A stretch of DNA of 59,529 bases from Nemertoderma westbladi (lineage: Eukaryota > Animalia > Xenacoelomorpha): positions 1-59,529 of the forward strand of contig JAUCBJ010008835.1 in assembly GCA_032718475.1 (NCBI GenBank), written 5' to 3'. Shown here one piece after another: positions 26,869 to 38,374 of the stretch. Below the pieces are notes generated by a model that saw only the letters and a list, made by a program, of their open reading frames with translations, ran no database searches and was not told the origin of the DNA. The position numbers and the translations under genes were made by a program. Within the stretch, counting starts at the first letter, position 1. Each line of letters starts with the position of its first letter.

Positions 26869-27398
26869 ACATACTTTTCACACCAAATAATTTACTTGTT
26901 AAAAATTCGACCCAAAAATTAAAACATCAACCCAATACACACTTTTACTACACAAAAACACATAAAGCAAACAACATAAGTCACATATATCATATTTTTT
27001 TTTTCCATAGAGTCGGCTTTTTCTAACCAAAACAGTAAACGATGTTGATAGCAATAGAGATAAAGGAGCAGGTATTTCTAACCAAAAATATAAACGATTT
27101 TGTTACTAATTGAGGGAAAGGAGCAGGTTAAAAAGACGACTTTTTCTAACCAAAACAATAAACGATGTTGTTACCAACTGAGGGAGAGGAGCAGGTTACT
27201 GAGACGTCTTTTTCTAACCAAAACAATATACGATGTTGTTACCATTTGAGGGAAAGGAGCAGGTTACAGAGGCGGCTTTTTCTAACCAAAACAATAAACG
27301 ATGTTGTTAACAATATCGAATATAATTATTAATTATTATAAAAATATATATAAAAATACTTTAGGACGAATATGAATAATTTGGTGTGAAAGTATGTA
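26869..27398. repeat. Short inverted repeats enclosing ~4.5 copies of a 68-bp tandem unit (probable MITE)
   Basis: ACATACTTTTCACACCAAAT / ATTTGGTGTGAAAGTATGT; unit contains TTCTAACCAAAACAATAAACGATGTTG...GGAGCAGGTTAC with 68-bp spacing. Confidence 0.55.
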
Positions 27399-27769
27399 AT
27401 CTGGGAAAGAAATATGTATTTAGACGTACAGTAGCATTAATGTATATTGCTTACAGAATACATTAAATTTGGGGCTATCGATTTGGGGCGGTAAAAAAGT
27501 ATATTCGGTGCGAAAACTATGTAATCTGAGGAAATAAATAATTTGTGGTCTTATTAGCACACACAAACATTTAAATAAATATTCTCTATAGTCTTTGTTC
27601 TAATCAATTGTTATTCATATTGGTTTGTTTAGAATGTAACCACATGGTAGTTCATACTTCAAAGATCTATCATGAAATAATAATAATATACTTAACGGCA
27701 AACCGCTAATTCTATTTTATTCGCGGCAACTGAAATATATTAGAACTATGTGGAATGTGAAATTGTACC

Positions 27770-28199
27770 GGTATAGCAGAGAATTTCCACCCCCTAAAAA
27801 TTCACCCCCGGTTAAAATTCACCACTGTAGTGTATTTTCACCCCCCCAGGTTAGAATTTACTAGGGTATTTTAACCGGGGGTGAAACTATTCTGGTGATT
27901 TTTTAGTGAAATTTAACCCCCCTCAGTGTATTCTTACCCCCATGATATTTTAAAGTCCAATACAATTTAATAATTTAAATTCGATATAAGCCTACAGTTA
28001 AACGAACAGACGACCACAGTCACAGATCCCTCTAGTACATAGACAAACACACGCAGGAGCCTGGAGATTTGTATATAGTCATAAAAGTACATAAAAGTTA
28101 AAATATACTAGGGAAAATACACCGCGGGAGTGAAAATACACTAGTGAATTTTAACCGGGGAGTGATTTTGTATGGGGAGTGAAAATTATCTGTTAAACC
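27770..28199. mobile_element. MITE with long imperfect TIRs
   Basis: GGTATAGCAGAGAATTTCCACCCC vs rc GGTTTAACAGATAATTTTCACTCCCC; CCCCGGTTAAAATTCAC mirrored by GTGAATTTTAACCGGGG. Confidence 0.6.
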
Positions 28200-28306
28200 A
28201 CTATGTAGATTATTATGAATCGGTTATGATTCCCATGCCTTACAAATGGGCGAATATAAAACAAAAAACAAAGACCCAATTAAGTAGCCTGCACAATATT
28301 GTAACA

Positions 28307-29217
28307 TGTGTTAACTTTCGTTTATTTGATTTGGTTCCATCAACACGCCTCTGTAACCTGCTCCTTTACTAACCTGCTCCTTTAAATGGCAATTTCAATC
28401 AATGGCAACTAAAGAGCATTAGGTCCCAAAGAGCGTTAGGTCCCAAAGAGCATTAGGTCCCAAAGAGCGTTAGGTCCCAAAGAGTTTTAGGTCCCAAAGA
28501 CCGTTAGGTCCCAAAGAGCGTTAGGTCCCAAAGAGCGTTAGCTCCCAAAGAGCGTTAGGTCCCAAAGTGCGTAAGGTTCCAGAGAGAGCGTTAGGTCCCA
28601 AAGAGCGTTAGGTCCCAAAGAGCATTGCGTCCCAAAGAGCGTTAGGTCACAAAGAGCATTAGGTCCCAAAGAGCGTTAGGTCCCAAAAAGCGTTATGTCC
28701 CAAAGAGCGTTAGGTCCCAAAGAGCGTTAGGTCCCAGAGAGCATTAGGTCCCAAAGAGCGTTAGGTCCCAAAGAGCGTTAGGTCCCAAAGAGCGTTAGGT
28801 CCCAAAGAGCGTTAGGTGCCAAAGAGCGTTAGGTGCCAAAGAGCGTTAGGTCCCAAAGAGCGTTAGGTCCTAAAGATCGTTAGGTCCCAAAGATCGTTAG
28901 GTCCCAAAGAGCGTTAGGTCCCAGAGAGCTTTAGGTCCCAAAGAGCGTTAGGTCCCAAAGAGCGTTAGGTGCCAAAGAGCGTTAGGTGCCAAAGAGCGTT
29001 AGGTCCCAAAGAGCGTTAGGTGCCAAAGAGCGTTAGGTCCCAAAGAGCGTTAGGTGCCAAAGTGCGTTAGGTCCCAAAGAGCGTTAGGTCCCAAAGAGCG
29101 TTAGGTCCCATTGTCATAGAATGTTAGGTCCCATTGCCATTTAAAGGAGCAGGTTAGTAAGGAGCAGGTTACAGAGGCGTGTTGGGGGAACCAAAACAAT
29201 AAACGAAAGTTAACACA
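28307..29217. mobile_element. Foldback element: ~85-bp inverted arms enclosing a 17-bp satellite (~41 copies, 28410-29110)
   Basis: Arms TGTGTTAACTTTCG...CCTTTAAATGGCAAT / ATTGCCATTTAAAGG...CGAAAGTTAACACA; unit GAGCGTTAGGTCCCAAA. Confidence 0.85.
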
Positions 29218-30206
29218 CGTGTTTCGTACAGGTCTTTAGTCTTTGTTTTGTACTCACCCCTTACAAACATACCTCCCCTGGTACTGAATATGTGAATAAA
29301 TTGTAATATCTTTGTTCAATTGGCAAACCTTGTTGTTTAGGAATATTAAAACAAATGTTTGAGTTTTAGATAATTTTTACAGTTGACCCGAAAGTAACGC
29401 ATATCATTAATTCAAATTATATAATTGTTAATATTTAGAAAATACACCCTCAGAGTCCTCCCACCTCCTTTTTTTATGAGTTTAAGATTTATTTTCGCTA
29501 CAATTTAATAACATAAAACAACTAAAAAGCAATAGGCTTATTGGGCCTAAATACTGTACTATAAAATATTACTTAAAGATTAATGAAAGTGCACCAAATA
29601 AAATAATTTTCACATATATTGACTGGTATATTACGTTAGAGGAATATGACTATCAATTATAATTTTAATCTAATATAATTGGTGGTCAATGCAACGGGGT
29701 GCCTATCTTGAGACAAGAGATTGCAAAGTAAATATATTTATAGTTGTAGGACTACATTAATTTCCAGTACAATGTCTCTAATTTGAGTTCTAATTCTAAA
29801 TAATTTGTAATTTAATTGTAATGTAATTTACTTGTTAATAACTAATAATTTTTCCTAGGAGATTATGCCCCGGGGGCATTTTCTCCTTAGTAAATTACTA
29901 TATGCCCCCCCCCCCCCCCCCCAAAAAAAAGAGTTGAAACTGGTACCTGGTACGATACCGGTAGTATTAAATTTGAGGTAATTCCTAACTTAAGTCTATA
30001 ATTTGAAATTTGAGGTATTCTCAAATTTGATGATCTCCCTGACTGACATACAGTATACTGGTATATTGAATTGTTAATTATTGACGTACACATTGTGCAT
30101 TGATTGGCCAATGAAATGATATAATTCTGGAGAGTCGCCATTACAGCATTATACGAATACTGTCTGACTGTAGGCCGAAAATAAGTTATAGTATTATGTT
30201 CCAACT

Positions 30207-30708
30207 ATGTTCCAAACTAATCAGATGTTTCAATTAAATATCAGACAGTCAGATGTTTTAAAGAGAGAATCCGGGACAATCAATTTTATTAACGAATGGC
30301 TTAATTAAACTGTGTTTCATGTTTTTTTTTTAAACTTTCTACATAGGTTGGTATTGGCGCGATATATAAAAGTGTTTCATATAACGGTCCCCAAAGCCCA
30401 AAGTAATGGTTGGTGTTGGTATGCGGTCTCTTTCCTTGGCTGGGTTCAGTTGTGCATTTCCTGAGGGGAGGCATTTTTTCCTAGGAAAATTCCTGATCAG
30501 TATCCTATTGCTTCTATATTAAGTAGGCCTAGGCCTGAAGTACATGCTGGAAATGAAAACTAATTTCTGATAAATATACAGGTAAGCCTTTCTCTATCTG
30601 TGTATAGTACTGACATAAGCATAATACTAAAGTGCCCACCTAGGCAGAAAACAGTATAACTACAGAGGCAGAAAACAGTATAACTACAGAATATTGTAGA
30701 GGCCTATA
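30207..30708. repeat. Left arm of a long (~500 bp or more) inverted repeat; the right arm is 31802-31888 + 50577-50985, split by the Gypsy insertion
   Basis: Near-identical reverse complement of the two right-arm pieces. Confidence 0.9.
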
Positions 30709-30724
30709 CAGTATAAACTGTATA

Positions 30725-31505
30725 CTCCTTTAGGAAACAGAGTGGAAGGGTTTACTGTGGAAGATCACCCATGGTGGTGTACAGACATTACTTTGAAAAA
30801 CAGAGTGGAAGTGTTTACTGTGGAAGATCACCCATGGTGGTGAACAGGCATTCCTTTAGGAAACAGACTGGACGGGTTACTGTGAACGATCACCCTTGGT
30901 GGTGAACAGAGATTACTTTGGGAAACAGAGTGGACGGGTTACTGTGAGAGATAACCATGGTGGTGATCAGGCATTCCTTTTGGAAACAGTGGAAAGGTTT
31001 ACTGTGGAAGATTACCCGTGGAGGTGAACATGCATTTCTTTAAAAACATAGTGGACGGGTGTACTGTGGAAGATCGCCCATTGTGGTGAACAGGCATTCC
31101 TTTAGGAAACGGATTGGAAGGGCTTAATGAGGAAGATCAGCCATGGTGGTGAACAGGCATTCCTTTAGGAAACAGAGTGGAAGGGTTTACTGTGGAAGAT
31201 CACCCGTGGTGGTGAACAGGCATTCCTTTAGGAAATAGAGTGGGCGGGTTTACTGTGGAAGATCACCCATGGTGGGGAACAGGCATTCCTTTAGGAAACA
31301 GAGTGGAAGGGTTTACTGTGGAAGGTCACCCATGGTGGTAAAACAGGGAATCCTTTATGAAACAGGATGGAAGGATTTACTGTGGAAGATCACCCATGGT
31401 CTGGTCAGATGGTGGTGAACCTGAACAGGGGTTCCTTTTGGAATCAGAGTGGATGGGCTTCCAGTGGAAGATTACCCCAGTGGTTAGTGTACATACAGGC
31501 ATTTC
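30725..31505. repeat. 63-bp minisatellite (~12 diverged copies) between the inverted arms
   Basis: Unit AGGAAACAGAGTGGAAGGGTTTACTGTGGAAGATCACCCATGGTGGTGAACAGGCATTCCTTT; 63-bp spacing at 31095/31158/31221. Confidence 0.9.
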
Positions 31506-31888
31506 CTTGGCTTAACGATCCTAAAAGATTCTCCCATTCATTAAGGGTACAGGCATCCCACACCTCTTTCCTAAAAATCCTAAAATATGTGCAAATCAGA
31601 AATTAACATTCCTAAAAACCTCCTAAATTCGAGGTGCAAATCCTAATATTCCTAAAAAATGATAAATATGATCTACTGTAGTACAGTATGTAACAATACT
31701 ACAGTATGTCATGTATGTAGCATACAGTTTAGGGGCCTACTGTATCTTTCTATTCCATTCATTGGTATTGGTAAAGCATAATAAAACAGTAAGTTTACGT
31801 ATATAGGCCTCTACACTATTCTGTAGTTATACTGTTTTCTGCCTCTGTAGTTATACTGTTTTCTGCCTAGGTGGGCACTTTAGTATTA

Positions 31889-32306
31889 TGTGGAAGCGCT
31901 ATCGGCGCCCGGTCCCGGATCCACGGCCACGCACTATCCCGCTCGAGGGGTGAGCTGGAGAAGACTGAAGTAAAACTAGGAAACCAGCTGCAGTATATCA
32001 GTATATTGTGTATTGAGATACATGAATAACAAATAATGATGTGATACAATCAGACAATGAAACTAATAACGAACTACCTACAAAACATGACTGACAACCC
32101 TACACCGGTAAGTCATCTCAATAACTAAACTGAATGATAACTACTGACTGCGCCCTGCCCCCAGGACTATATCCCTGACAGCTACCGTACAACCAGCTGT
32201 TCACACCCTAGGTGCTAACAAGATACTACTATATCATACCTACCTAACCTATACAATACATACTATATCAGTCCAATTATACACCATCCCATAATACAAT
32301 ATCACA
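31889..32306 (-). repeat. Gypsy 3' LTR
   Basis: Direct repeat of 50156-50572; adjacent PPT AGGAAGGGGGGA (minus) at 32307-32318. Confidence 0.95.
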
Positions 32307-33129
32307 TCCCCCCTTCCTAAAAAAAAACTCGCCCACGAGTTTCTAGAACGCACAAACTACAAACCCCAAGTCTAATGACTACATCGACAAGTAAAGTCTA
32401 CCTCAACGGCAGTATAGATACTGTATATGAAGCACGATACCAACAATACATTCAACTAGCCTAAGGCCAATAATATCTAAATCGAAATTTCGTACTGCAT
32501 GTATCGTAAGCCAGTATGACTAAAGAATAACACGTACAACTCAATGAGTAACCAAATAACACTATATCAAGCATAATTGCAATCTATAAATCGCACCGTA
32601 AGTAACCGACCATAGTACAATCCATAAAATGTGTCACTGCCACAATAAATAAAGGCTATATAAGTAAATAATTAATACGTGTATCTATCACATGAAAATG
32701 TATCCATACAGTATCTATCATAAACATGTATCCATCCATACAGTATCTATCTATCCGTATCTTATGTAATAATAATACGTAATGACGTAACAAAAATATA
32801 CAAAAATATATATGTGTTGGAGTTATGTACATAAGGTAAATAATAATACATACAGAATAGAGAATACTCTACAAAATGTACATAACTGAGGCACAAAATA
32901 TCTCGTGGGCGAATAACGGGTGAGAGCCGAGCAATGGAACGGAATTTAAAAAAATCACAATATCTAAATATTTCAGGATAACAATTTTTTTTATTTCCAA
33001 ACAAAAGTTATTCATTGTTAATAAATGCAATTTATCTATGTAGCCATTGTAACCAGCAAACAGTCAAGTCACATCGACACGTCTCTATAATTTGCGTCAA
33101 CGGTCAACAGTCGCTATCGTCACCGTCGT

Positions 33130-33699
33130 AGACGTCCGCACTGTCGTTCCCCCTACCTGTATCATCTCCCGTGGAGTTACTTTTTTCCCTATAGTATGGT
33201 TTTAAGTCCTTCACATTTACAATAATAAGTCGAGAACGTGGATTTGGTTTTCCCGATTCTCCCAACAGTTTAATGGCATAACTTGATTTACCAACCTGAT
33301 CAACAATAGCATAAAGGACCCCTAAACCTGAAGCTCAGCTTCGTATTCTTACCTTTGGTCGTCCTATCATACAGTAGTATAATACAGACTGCCCCTTAGT
33401 GTAGGTTCGAATGTTACTGCGTTGGCGCGTCCCCAGCTTACCGTCGTGGTATTGTTTCTGTTTCACCTGTGTAAGCCTAAGAGCTTCCCTGGCTATCCCA
33501 TGGGCCCGCTCCAAACGAAACCTTAATTCGTCTGCGAATGTTGCTTCATCTGCTAGCAAGCTGTACGGCCGGGCTATCTGCGTGTCTACTTGAGTTGTCG
33601 CCTGTCGCCCATACATTAAAGAGAAAGGAGTTTCCTTAAGTGTACTCTGAATCGAAGTATTATAATTAAACGCAACAGCGGGAATAAACTCGTCCTATT
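33130..33699 (-). pseudogene. pol: Gypsy integrase C-terminal remainder (frameshifted)
   Basis: DEFIPAVAFNYNTSIQSTLKETPFSLMYGR...FRGPYAIV continues the integrase beyond the nested element. Confidence 0.85.
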
Positions 33700-33704
33700 A
33701 TGCG

Positions 33705-34241
33705 TGTGACGGGATCCAAGAGGGATCCCGATTTATCCGGTGTGGTATTTAGTCCACGCGTCCCCGCCGTGTATAAGAGTGAAATAAAGATAACTGAGTT
33801 CTGAAGTTCGGTGTATAATAAGAGGTTATAAGATATAGATATATTGTGAATGTGTACAAGGCGGGATACGGTAACTAAAGTCCCGTGATCCCCTAACTAA
33901 ACTAATTGGCTGTACCCTACGCTAGCACTGCTGCACTGAGATAACTGAATCACTGATTAATAGGTTATTGGTTATATTGCACGGTGGCCTTACTGCTACT
34001 CAATCGATGCCATTCCCCCCTCTGATTGGTTAATACCCTTGTTGGCGCCCCGTGGAGTATTCCCGTTCACTCCACCTGTTCTCTCTGGGTTAGGGGTTTG
34101 GCCCCTGACCCTCTATTGTGTGCTTCCTTCCCACTCTTATTGGGATGGCACGAGTTGGTTAATTGCCCAATCTCGTGGCTCCCAATATTGCTTATCGGCT
34201 AATAACTTTATGGGGTGTTGGCGGGATTGAATAAGCTAACA
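33705..34241 (-). repeat. Nested element 3' LTR
   Basis: Direct repeat of 44484-45022; PPT at 34242-34250; 11-bp-stem hairpin at 34251-34279. Confidence 0.95.
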
Positions 34242-34949
34242 CTCCCCCCCATGCTATCTTCCCGGTAAGAAGATAGCATCAACCAAAAAAGTGCGCTACA
34301 ATCCCGCTGGATCCCGATCTAGTATCGGGTGTGGGGTGGAATTCTTTTCTCTTGGAGCCGGCTTTCCAGGCCGCCCCCTATGGGTATGATAACGCTACCC
34401 TGTGTGCCTGGCGTCTCATGTCGGGCCGATCGCGCTCACCTCTTCACGCGATTTTTGTTTCCCCAACACTTTCGCCCTACCTCCCCTCTACTCTCACCCT
34501 AACTCTCTCATACCCCCGGACCTCCTCGTCCCTCACTCAGCCTCTCATTCTCCCCCCCCCACACTAGAATTGCGCTCGCACTCTCTCCGCACTTCACACT
34601 CTTATTCCGATTCTCAAGTCCACTTTGACTGTTTTATCTCTCCTGACGAACCTCCCCCCCCTCTCGTGCCGCCGCACTCAAGAAGTGTGAAATTGTCAGT
34701 TGTCTCGTCCATAGTGCCATAGTCAATTGTCCCCCAGTCCCAGTAGCTAATTGAGAAAGGTTGTATGACTATAGTACTTACTCCAAACGTATGTATTTTA
34801 CTGCTAATCACTACGTACGTACATACGAATTGCACTTATATAGTTATTTGCATTAATTAAATTTATACTTAATAGTTCGTACGTTACATGCGGCGCCTTC
34901 CAGGCGCACCACTTCCCAGTCTCAGTCTCATTCCCTCGCCTCCGGGAAC

Positions 34950-36599
34950 TTATCTGTACCTCCTCACGTCCTCCTCCCTGGCCCGTTTCTTGGTTATCAC
35001 CGCTCCTCTGGCATCATCCGCTTTCTGCTTCCGGACCTTTGCCGCCACTTCCTTGCTGATCCCGGTCGTCGGCTCCTTGGGCGCTGGTGTTATTAAAGCC
35101 CGATACCGCTTCGCCGGTGGCCCCTCAGAATGGCCTGGTTGTTTCCCTCGTGTGGCGTCCCATAGGATCATCTTCATTGCCTTTGGTACGTGTTCCGCCA
35201 AGAAATCCCTAAACTCCCTCCGGTTCTCTGGTGTCCACCTGTCCAGGTACCGTTGCGTGTTCATAACTCCGGCGAACGATGCCGCCGTAGCTACCTCTTG
35301 ATAGGTAAACGGTAACCTTCGCTTTATGATTTCCATGTGGGTCTCCTGGTTTATGAGGAAGAAACCCCACTTGAACTCTTGGGCCTTCATGCGCTGGCGC
35401 GTCATGGCCCCGACGTCGGCCCACTCCTCGAACCTCGTGAACTTCTCCTCGTCGCTCATCCAGTCGCACTCGCGCCCGTAGTGTCCCCGAAAGTGGCACT
35501 TTGGACATCGGTTATGCAACCGTGGACACGCCCCCATCCTGTGACTTGGTTCTCTACAATAGAGACAAAAGGTTCCCCGTTGGAACCGGTATAGGCAGCT
35601 GCTTTCCTGATGGGTCTGTCTCCCACAGTAGTCGCAGCCGAGTACCAATGTCTCGCGTCCCACCTCGTCCTTCGTCCCAAGCGATCTCCGCGGTCTATGG
35701 AGTCGCTGGTAGGCAAACTTCTCCACGTTGCTCTCCCTGTTTACGTCGATCTCTCCGCCCCTCTCGGGCATCGTCTCCCCGAATACTATCCGTGGTGCCG
35801 TCCCCGGTTGCTCGCCCAACCTGATGGTGCTCCCCGCGAAATCCATCGCCGGCCCCTCGTGCACCCAGGTCCGCTTGCCGGATCTGTTCCAGAAGGCCCT
35901 CGCCCCACTGGCCGTCACCACCCTTCCGCCAACCCAGTCCGTGTCCGAGTGGCCTATCCTTTCGATGGGCGGCATCTCTCCGAACTCGTCGTCGTCGTCC
36001 TCCTCTTCTGGTAGTGTCTCCAATCCCGGTATCCCGATGGATCCACTATGTCCCTTCCCGCCTTGGCTCTCGCCCGTAGCTCTCCATCCCTCCAGCTCCC
36101 TTAGCTTCCTTGGCGGTTGGTCGCCCTCGGCGCCCGCTGGTATGGGCATCGCGTGCAACCCCGACGTCGACTGTTTCGGCGATCCCACCGTCCATCCCAA
36201 TTCTCGCCCTAGAGACTCCCCCGAACTCCCCGACGAAGTCCAATGAAGTTCGTCTAGGCCCGCCTGTTCCTCGAAGCCGTAACTCTGTGCCCTGGCCTCC
36301 TCTTCCCTCTCCTCTGCTTCTATCCTCTCCCGTCTAGCGACTTCTTCCAGTCGCTTTGCTTCCCGTCTATCCATCTCTAGCTGCTCCCATCTCTGATACG
36401 GTGTATCCGTCTCCCCATCTACCAGATGTCGGCTGTTGTAGTACACCGACTCGCCCTTCAGCCCCGGGTGGTCTACCAGACCGTCAAAGGCCGTCTTAAA
36501 GGCTCTCCTGTAGCTTAGGGGTGATCCCGATAACAGAAATGCCCCTGGTTCCCTTTCGATAACTACGGTCATGAATAAGTTAAGTAAACTTATCATCAT
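34950..36599 (-). CDS. Nested element 3' ORF, part B: 549-aa protein with three CX2CX4HX4C knuckles
   Basis: CDYCGRQTHQESSC, CLYCREPSHRMGAC, CPKCHFRGHYGREC; basic NLS-like tail (PPAKRYR, KKRAR); no C-terminal TM helix. Confidence 0.85.
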   Translation of the reverse strand: MMISLLNLFMTVVIEREPGAFLLSGSPLSYRRAFKTAFDGLVDHPGLKGESVYYNSRHLVDGETDTPYQRWEQLEMDRREAKRLEEVARRERIEAEEREEEARAQSYGFEEQAGLDELHWTSSGSSGESLGRELGWTVGSPKQSTSGLHAMPIPAGAEGDQPPRKLRELEGWRATGESQGGKGHSGSIGIPGLETLPEEEDDDDEFGEMPPIERIGHSDTDWVGGRVVTASGARAFWNRSGKRTWVHEGPAMDFAGSTIRLGEQPGTAPRIVFGETMPERGGEIDVNRESNVEKFAYQRLHRPRRSLGTKDEVGRETLVLGCDYCGRQTHQESSCLYRFQRGTFCLYCREPSHRMGACPRLHNRCPKCHFRGHYGRECDWMSDEEKFTRFEEWADVGAMTRQRMKAQEFKWGFFLINQETHMEIIKRRLPFTYQEVATAASFAGVMNTQRYLDRWTPENRREFRDFLAEHVPKAMKMILWDATRGKQPGHSEGPPAKRYRALITPAPKEPTTGISKEVAAKVRKQKADDARGAVITKKRAREEDVRRYR

Positions 36600-36901
36600 C
36601 CAGTCCTCCTCGGCGATTCCCTCGGATACTTCGGAATCCCGAACTTCGCCTCGTCTCCTTTCACCACGTAGTGGAAGTGTTGGAAGATCGCGTTGTCCAG
36701 CGACGGCGTCCCGTAGGTCCCGACCAACCGCTGTTCGTGCGCCTCCCGGAAGTGATCCTGCAGCGCTCGTGCCGCTTGACCCCTTTCCAACCTCTCGTAG
36801 TATCCTCTCGTCTTCTCCTCCGGGTGTCTTTCGGTGAAATCCACCAATATTTCTTTTCCTCCTGACTCCGCCTTTCTCTTCCTGATCAGCTTACTCGCCA
36901 T
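36596..36901 (-). CDS. Nested element 3' ORF, part A (unknown function)
   Basis: MASKLIRKRK...; its stop overlaps the next start (ATGA); probably one protein with part B. Confidence 0.55.
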   Translation of the reverse strand: MASKLIRKRKAESGGKEILVDFTERHPEEKTRGYYERLERGQAARALQDHFREAHEQRLVGTYGTPSLDNAIFQHFHYVVKGDEAKFGIPKYPRESPRRTG

Positions 36902-37399
36902 TCCGAACACTACACTCGCTCACCTGCAGGGTGGTGCCTTACCAAGGCGCAATACAGATGAGTGATGTATTAAGATGTTTCGTACAGTTCGATAATGGCC
37001 TACTTTTCTACTTAACTGCGCCTTTCAAGCTTAATTTAATCTAATTAATTTCGGAGCTAGTAAATCAGCCTAATTTACAATTTCCGTCCGTTACTTTTAT
37101 TATGTTCTAGAACGACTTTCCTTGTGTTACCACTATTTTCCGATTTTAGCCCTATTCTATTTATTTATTTATTTTGCTTTGATTCTACTGTCCTACTACT
37201 TACTACTACCTATGGATTTATTCTATTCTCTGATCCATATTCTGGCCTACTCTGTGGGCCCATGCAGCACAGCAGTATGCGTCGTGTGGCCACACGATTT
37301 ATCCAGCTGTACTCATATGCCCCCCTCTCGCTACTAACTCTACTTACTGCTAACTAATATCTATATCCTATTTTACCCCTTTTACCTCTTACTCTCTCT

Positions 37400-38218
37400 C
37401 TCTAACTAATGGTACTACGTACCCTCTAACTCTAACTCTAACTAGGTACTACGTACCTACTAACTCTAACTCTATCGGTACTACCTACCCTCTAACTCTA
37501 ACTCTAACTAGGCATTACGTACCCTCTAACTCTAACTCTAACTAGGTACTACGTACCTACTAACTCTCTAACTATCGGTACTACGTACCCTCTAACTCTA
37601 ACTCTAACTGGGTACCACGTACCTACTAACTCTAACTCTATCGGTACTACCTACCCTCTAACTCTAACTCTAACTAGGTACTACGTACCTACTAACTCTA
37701 ACTCTATCGGTACTACCTACCCTCTAACTCTAACTAGGTATTACGTACCCTCTAACTCTAACTCTAACTAGGTACTACGTACCTACTAACTCTCTAACTA
37801 TCGGTACTACGTACCCTCTAACTCTAACTCTAACTAGGTACCACGTACCTACTAACTCTAACTCTATCGGTACTACCTACCCTCTAACTCTAACTCTAAC
37901 TAGGTATTACGTACCCTCTAACTCTAACTATCGGTACTACGTACCCTTTAACTCTCTAACTAACTCTAGGTACTACGTACCTACTAACTAACTCTAGGTA
38001 CTACGTACCTACTAACTAACTAACTCTAGGTACTACGTACCTACTGACTAACTAACTCTAGGTACTACGTACCTACTAACTAACTAACTTTAGGTACTAC
38101 GTACCTACTGACTAACTAACTCTAGGTACTACGTACCTACTAACTAACTAACTTTAGGTACTACGTACCTACTGACTAACTAACTCTAGGTACTACGTAC
38201 CTACTAACTAACTAACTT
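37400..38218. repeat. Complex tandem repeat spacer between Gag-PR and the 3' ORF
   Basis: Alternating (CTAACT)n and GGTACTACGTACC units. Confidence 0.9.
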
Positions 38219-38374
38219 TTATTTTTATTTTTTATTTTATTTTATTTGTGTGGGAAGGGCGTCTCGCCCTCAATCCCACCCCCCTCAGTCCAAAACTTGG
38301 ACGACTAAACTTCACTCTAACTCCGCTCTAAGGTGCTCCTTCTAAGAGACAGGTAACACCTCTGCCCGCACCTT

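Noticed and set aside
28410-31505. CRISPR-like appearance of regular repeats
   Set aside because: Head-to-tail units with no unique spacers, no cas genes, eukaryotic context.
34950-36599. Envelope gene
   Set aside because: No C-terminal TM helix or fusion-protein pattern; the cysteines are in zinc knuckles.
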